Positions 9,599 through 12,186 of a stretch of 12,186 bases of DNA are shown piece after piece. The DNA lies in NCBI GenBank assembly GCA_046153645.1, contig JBJXGI010000083.1, forward strand, positions 1-12,186, read 5' to 3'. The stretch's first letter is position 1. The number at the start of each line of letters is the position of its first letter. Source of the stretch: Elusimicrobiota bacterium. Its GTDB lineage: Bacteria > Elusimicrobiota > Elusimicrobia > F11. The position numbers and the translations under genes are program-made. Below the pieces are notes generated by a model. That model did not search any database. It saw nothing but the letters and a program-made list of their open reading frames with translations, and had not been told where the DNA came from.

Positions 9599-10275
9599 AA
9601 GCATTAAAATGGATAGGACTATTTGAAGTTGGTCTCTTTTATTTTCTTGTCCACTGGGTTATTTGGAAGGGGGGAAAGTATCGTCCAACAATACTGGTAA
9701 TTTCAATATTAATCATTTTAATATGCCTTATTTCTAATTATTTTCATTCAGATTCTAGAGAAAAAATTGGTTTTTCACTTAATTCTTTTTGGCCTAATTT
9801 TAGGGATGTTGGCCCAGCGGGTATTCTCATAAGCCTTCCCTTTTTTGCGATAAGTTGGGGGAAAGAACTACCTGTTGGCTGGAATATTTGGTTTGCCTTA
9901 ATAGGGTATCCCATTTGGGCATTTGCGCAAGAATATGTGCTCCTTAGTTTTATCGGAAATCGCCTGAGCGATTCATTACCTCACCAGAAAAATCTAATTC
10001 CGTGGATTAATGGCATGCTATTTTCTTTAACACATTTTCCTAATCCCATACTCATGACAGCAACTTTCATTGGCGGAATTGTATTTACCTGGGCTTTCTT
10101 AAGAAACCGCAATTTGATTTCGATTAGCTTAATTCATGGGTTGATAGGAGTTGCTATCAGCTTGGGATGCGCCGATATCCCTGGCGCGATGTCAGTAGGC
10201 CCAGGTTATTTAAAGCGAGTCGGAAAAACTCCCCATCTCCCAATTTGGCAACACACTCAAATTCAAATTCGATAA
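9595..10275 (+). CDS. CPBP (Abi/CAAX type II) family intramembrane protein with non-canonical motifs
   Basis: Multi-pass hydrophobic protein with QEYVLLSF, FSLTH and SLIHG at the positions of CPBP motifs; ATG 9595 overlaps the upstream TGA as ATGA. Confidence 0.72.
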   Translation: MKALKWIGLFEVGLFYFLVHWVIWKGGKYRPTILVISILIILICLISNYFHSDSREKIGFSLNSFWPNFRDVGPAGILISLPFFAISWGKELPVGWNIWFALIGYPIWAFAQEYVLLSFIGNRLSDSLPHQKNLIPWINGMLFSLTHFPNPILMTATFIGGIVFTWAFLRNRNLISISLIHGLIGVAISLGCADIPGAMSVGPGYLKRVGKTPHLPIWQHTQIQIR

Positions 10276-10290
10276 ATGATAATATTTATT
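10272..10290 (+). promoter_or_regulatory. Fur-box-like site immediately upstream of fur
   Basis: ATAAATGATAATATTTATT matches 13/19 of GATAATGATAATCATTATC by manual count; ends 1 nt before ATG 10292. AT-rich background weakens the call. Confidence 0.45.
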
Positions 10291-10291
10291 T

Positions 10292-10819
10292 ATGGGTAGA
10301 AAAAAACACGCACCGCTTCTTTCCAACCGAAACCAAGAGGAATTGGTTTATTTTCCGTCTTGGATGGCAGGCCGTATCGGTTACGCTGATCGAATTCGCC
10401 AAATTTTCCAGGAATATCACCAATTAAAGGGTCTTAGAATGACTCAACAACGTAATCTCATTTTAGACCATTTACTTGAAGCGCATCATCACCTGGGTAT
10501 GGACGAAATTTATCAGGCTTTAAAGTCAAAAGGAATTGGGAAAGTGACCGTTTTTAGAGCCCTTAAGATGCTTGAAGAGTGCAAGTTAATTGACAAATTT
10601 AGTTCAGCCGATGGCCATTCTCGTTATGAGATCAAATATGAGAGACCACACCATGACCATCTTATCTGTGTCCGCTGTGGCGCTATTAAAGAAATTCAAT
10701 GGCCACAAATTGAACGGATTCAAGAAAAGGCCTGTAAGAGTTTAGGGTTTAATGCCATTTATCATCGCCACGAAGTATTTGGCATATGTAAAAGTTGCGA
10801 TAAAAAAGGCCAAGTATGA
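10292..10819 (+). CDS. fur: Fur-family transcriptional regulator
   Basis: GLRMTQQRNLIL, TVFRAL helix, RYE, HHDHLICVRC, HRHEVFGICKSC. Alternative start ATG 10364. Metal specificity (Fur vs Zur/PerR) is not certain, though HHDH fits Fur. Confidence 0.9.
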   Translation: MGRKKHAPLLSNRNQEELVYFPSWMAGRIGYADRIRQIFQEYHQLKGLRMTQQRNLILDHLLEAHHHLGMDEIYQALKSKGIGKVTVFRALKMLEECKLIDKFSSADGHSRYEIKYERPHHDHLICVRCGAIKEIQWPQIERIQEKACKSLGFNAIYHRHEVFGICKSCDKKGQV

Positions 10820-11067
10820 GTAAAAAGAATAAAAATGAGGCGGCTCATCAGCAAAGCTCTTCTATATCAAAGCGCGGCTGGAAGGTTATAGGAATTGGCC
10901 TTTGTATCGTTTTTCTTGGTTTTTTTCTTATTCTTTTTACCGATCCAGCAGGCCAAAATTGGGCCAGCAACCTTTGCCCATTTTTACTGATTGGTGGGTA
11001 TGTGACCATTGGTTTTGGAATTATGACCAAAGATTTTCCTTCTGATTCATTTTCAAAAAATAAGTAA
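10816..11067 (+). CDS. Small two-TM membrane protein, DUF3098-like
   Basis: ATGA overlap with the fur stop; basic N-terminus, two hydrophobic helices (IGIGLCIVFLGFFLI; LCPFLLIGGYVTIGFGIM) around a DP-containing loop. Family name is recalled similarity only. Confidence 0.7.
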   Translation: MSKKNKNEAAHQQSSSISKRGWKVIGIGLCIVFLGFFLILFTDPAGQNWASNLCPFLLIGGYVTIGFGIMTKDFPSDSFSKNK

Positions 11068-11106
11068 CACTAAAAAAATCCCTCAATCCAATAAAAAAAC
11101 TTAATA

Positions 11107-11147
11107 TTTTATTTAAAACAAATGAATATCATTTATTTTAAATAAAA
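11107..11147. repeat. 41-bp AT-rich inverted repeat between convergent genes
   Basis: TTTTATTTAAAACAAATGA-ATA-TCATTTATTTTAAATAAAA: 19-bp arms, 18/19 complementary; the mismatch becomes G-U on the minus-strand RNA. Confidence 0.85.
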
Positions 11148-11183
11148 ACATACAGACATTCTATCCGGTCATTTATACTATTT

Positions 11184-11211
11184 ATAAATCATAATATGTA
11201 TTATAAGAAGT
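11184..11211 (-). other. dif-like XerC/XerD recombination site (11-6-11)
   Basis: Minus strand ACTTCTTATAA-TACATA-TTATGATTTAT. Left arm 9/11 to B. subtilis ACTTCCTAGAA; right arm 8/11 to E. coli TTATGTTAAAT; ATAA-N6-TTAT core intact. Confidence 0.55.
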
Positions 11212-11243
11212 AAAATAAGCAGGCAATTCATGAATAGAGCACA

Positions 11244-12083
11244 CTATGCGGCTACTAAAACCACTCTTAGCAGCCGTTCCATTGTATCCAAATTTAAACT
11301 GCGAACGGAATCAATGAGATCTTCCATCGCTTCCATATTAGCAGATGGCTCTTTATCCATCATTTGACGCGGCATAACAATCCGCGAGGGCGCATTAAAT
11401 TTTTTTAAGAGTTCCTCTTGTTCAATTTTTTCCCGATCCAACAACTCATCATCGATTTTGACATGTATATTATCTCCTAATATTCCCAACCGGATAAATG
11501 TGCTAAAAACAGACCGAATTTTAGCTTCATTGCTGTTATTAATTACAACAATGACGTTTCTCTCGCGTCCCGATTGGATTACTCCCTTTATAAGGGCAAT
11601 TAAACCAATCGACTTCTCCTTATTGGACTGGGAAATATCGCGCGCCAAAAACAGATGTGGTCGCGAATCATTATCATTCTTTTTTTGTAGTTTTTCTCGA
11701 ATCAGGGTCGCGACTTGCTGTTGGAAAACGGGGTCAGTCATCCAACTATTAATTTGCGCTGATAGGACGGCATCTTCATCAGTCACTTTCCCCATGGTGC
11801 CGATGCCGAGTGGCTTGACTCGCGTCATCGCCGCGGGATCGCTGGAAATCAATGCGCTAACTATTTTTGCCATCCATTCGGCGCCACGACCTCGTTCATC
11901 CATCGAATTCTTTGGGGCAAAGAAGCGATTAACAAAGAGATGGGACCAAGTTAAAAGCATAATATATTCAACGGTATGGGCAAGATGAAGATGCTCAAAA
12001 GAAAGATTTGGAAGGAAAGTAAAAGCGATGAAAGCAATGATAATGGAACTGAATAGATTAAATGGCTTTGGAATAACACGATA
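11244..12083 (-). CDS. Hypothetical protein, probably the 3' part of a longer membrane-associated protein
   Basis: 238 aa from ATG 11960, but the frame stays open to 12083 (YRVIPKPFNLFSSIIIAFIAFTFLPNLSFEHLHLAHTVEYI) with no ATG/GTG/TTG before the TAA at 12084-12086. No recognisable family; ends RLLRVVLVAA. Confidence 0.6.
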   Translation of the reverse strand, partial: YRVIPKPFNLFSSIIIAFIAFTFLPNLSFEHLHLAHTVEYIMLLTWSHLFVNRFFAPKNSMDERGRGAEWMAKIVSALISSDPAAMTRVKPLGIGTMGKVTDEDAVLSAQINSWMTDPVFQQQVATLIREKLQKKNDNDSRPHLFLARDISQSNKEKSIGLIALIKGVIQSGRERNVIVVINNSNEAKIRSVFSTFIRLGILGDNIHVKIDDELLDREKIEQEELLKKFNAPSRIVMPRQMMDKEPSANMEAMEDLIDSVRSLNLDTMERLLRVVLVAA

Positions 12084-12098
12084 TTAACATCAAAACAC

Positions 12099-12185
12099 AT
12101 GGATAACAAAGCTAACACCAGTAACAACAACGAAATGATTGGTTTGGATATTGGTGCAAGTCCAGGTGGTTGGACTCAAGTATTG
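12099..12185 (+). CDS. Fragment of FtsJ/RlmE/RlmM-type SAM-dependent 2'-O-methyltransferase, runs off the window
   Basis: Not in the ORF track. Translates MDNKANTSNNNEMIGLDIGASPGGWTQVL; DIGASPGGWT matches FtsJ-family motif I. Frame is closed upstream by TAG at 12054-12056. Confidence 0.55.
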   Translation, partial: MDNKANTSNNNEMIGLDIGASPGGWTQVL

Positions 12186-12186
12186 T

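Noticed and set aside
10167..11030. ORFs 10167-10427 (+) and 10848-11030 (-)
   Set aside because: Overlap the CPBP/fur genes and the small membrane gene; no coding features.
11458..11988. 176-aa + strand ORF
   Set aside because: Antisense shadow of the minus-strand ORF, with Ser/Ile/Cys-rich non-protein-like composition and a TTG start.
11955..12186. TAG readthrough or alternative code extending the methyltransferase frame upstream
   Set aside because: Extension does not recover the expected SRxxxKL motif, and TAG is a normal stop elsewhere in the window (1616, 7122).
1..12186. CRISPR array, tRNA/rRNA, transposase or integrase
   Set aside because: No regularly spaced repeats, RNA gene signatures or recombinase ORFs seen; the only sizeable non-coding gap is 11068-11243.

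Overview
AT-rich bacterial chromosomal segment, probably from a diderm organism (six-domain S1 plus an Omp85-type barrel); taxonomy cannot be fixed from sequence alone. Bases 1-11067 form one tightly packed + strand gene run: rpsA (5'-truncated by the window), a peptidase/TolB-propeller/Omp85-barrel fusion, a secreted Amidase_3, a secreted SH3-NlpC/P60 (YkfC-like) peptidase, an APC permease, a DUF819 membrane protein split by a one-base frameshift at a T7 tract, an atypical CPBP protein, fur and a small two-helix membrane protein. The central genes read as a candidate peptidoglycan stem-peptide salvage system (inference). The intergenic gap 11068-11243 holds a 41-bp near-perfect palindrome with a Fur-box-like core and a XerCD dif-like 11-6-11 site. 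Beyond it lie a convergent hypothetical ORF that appears to lack its 5' end and, in the last ~90 bases, a + strand FtsJ-type methyltransferase motif fragment, which suggests a recombination or assembly junction near 12057-12086. All family assignments are from motif recognition by eye; no searches were run.
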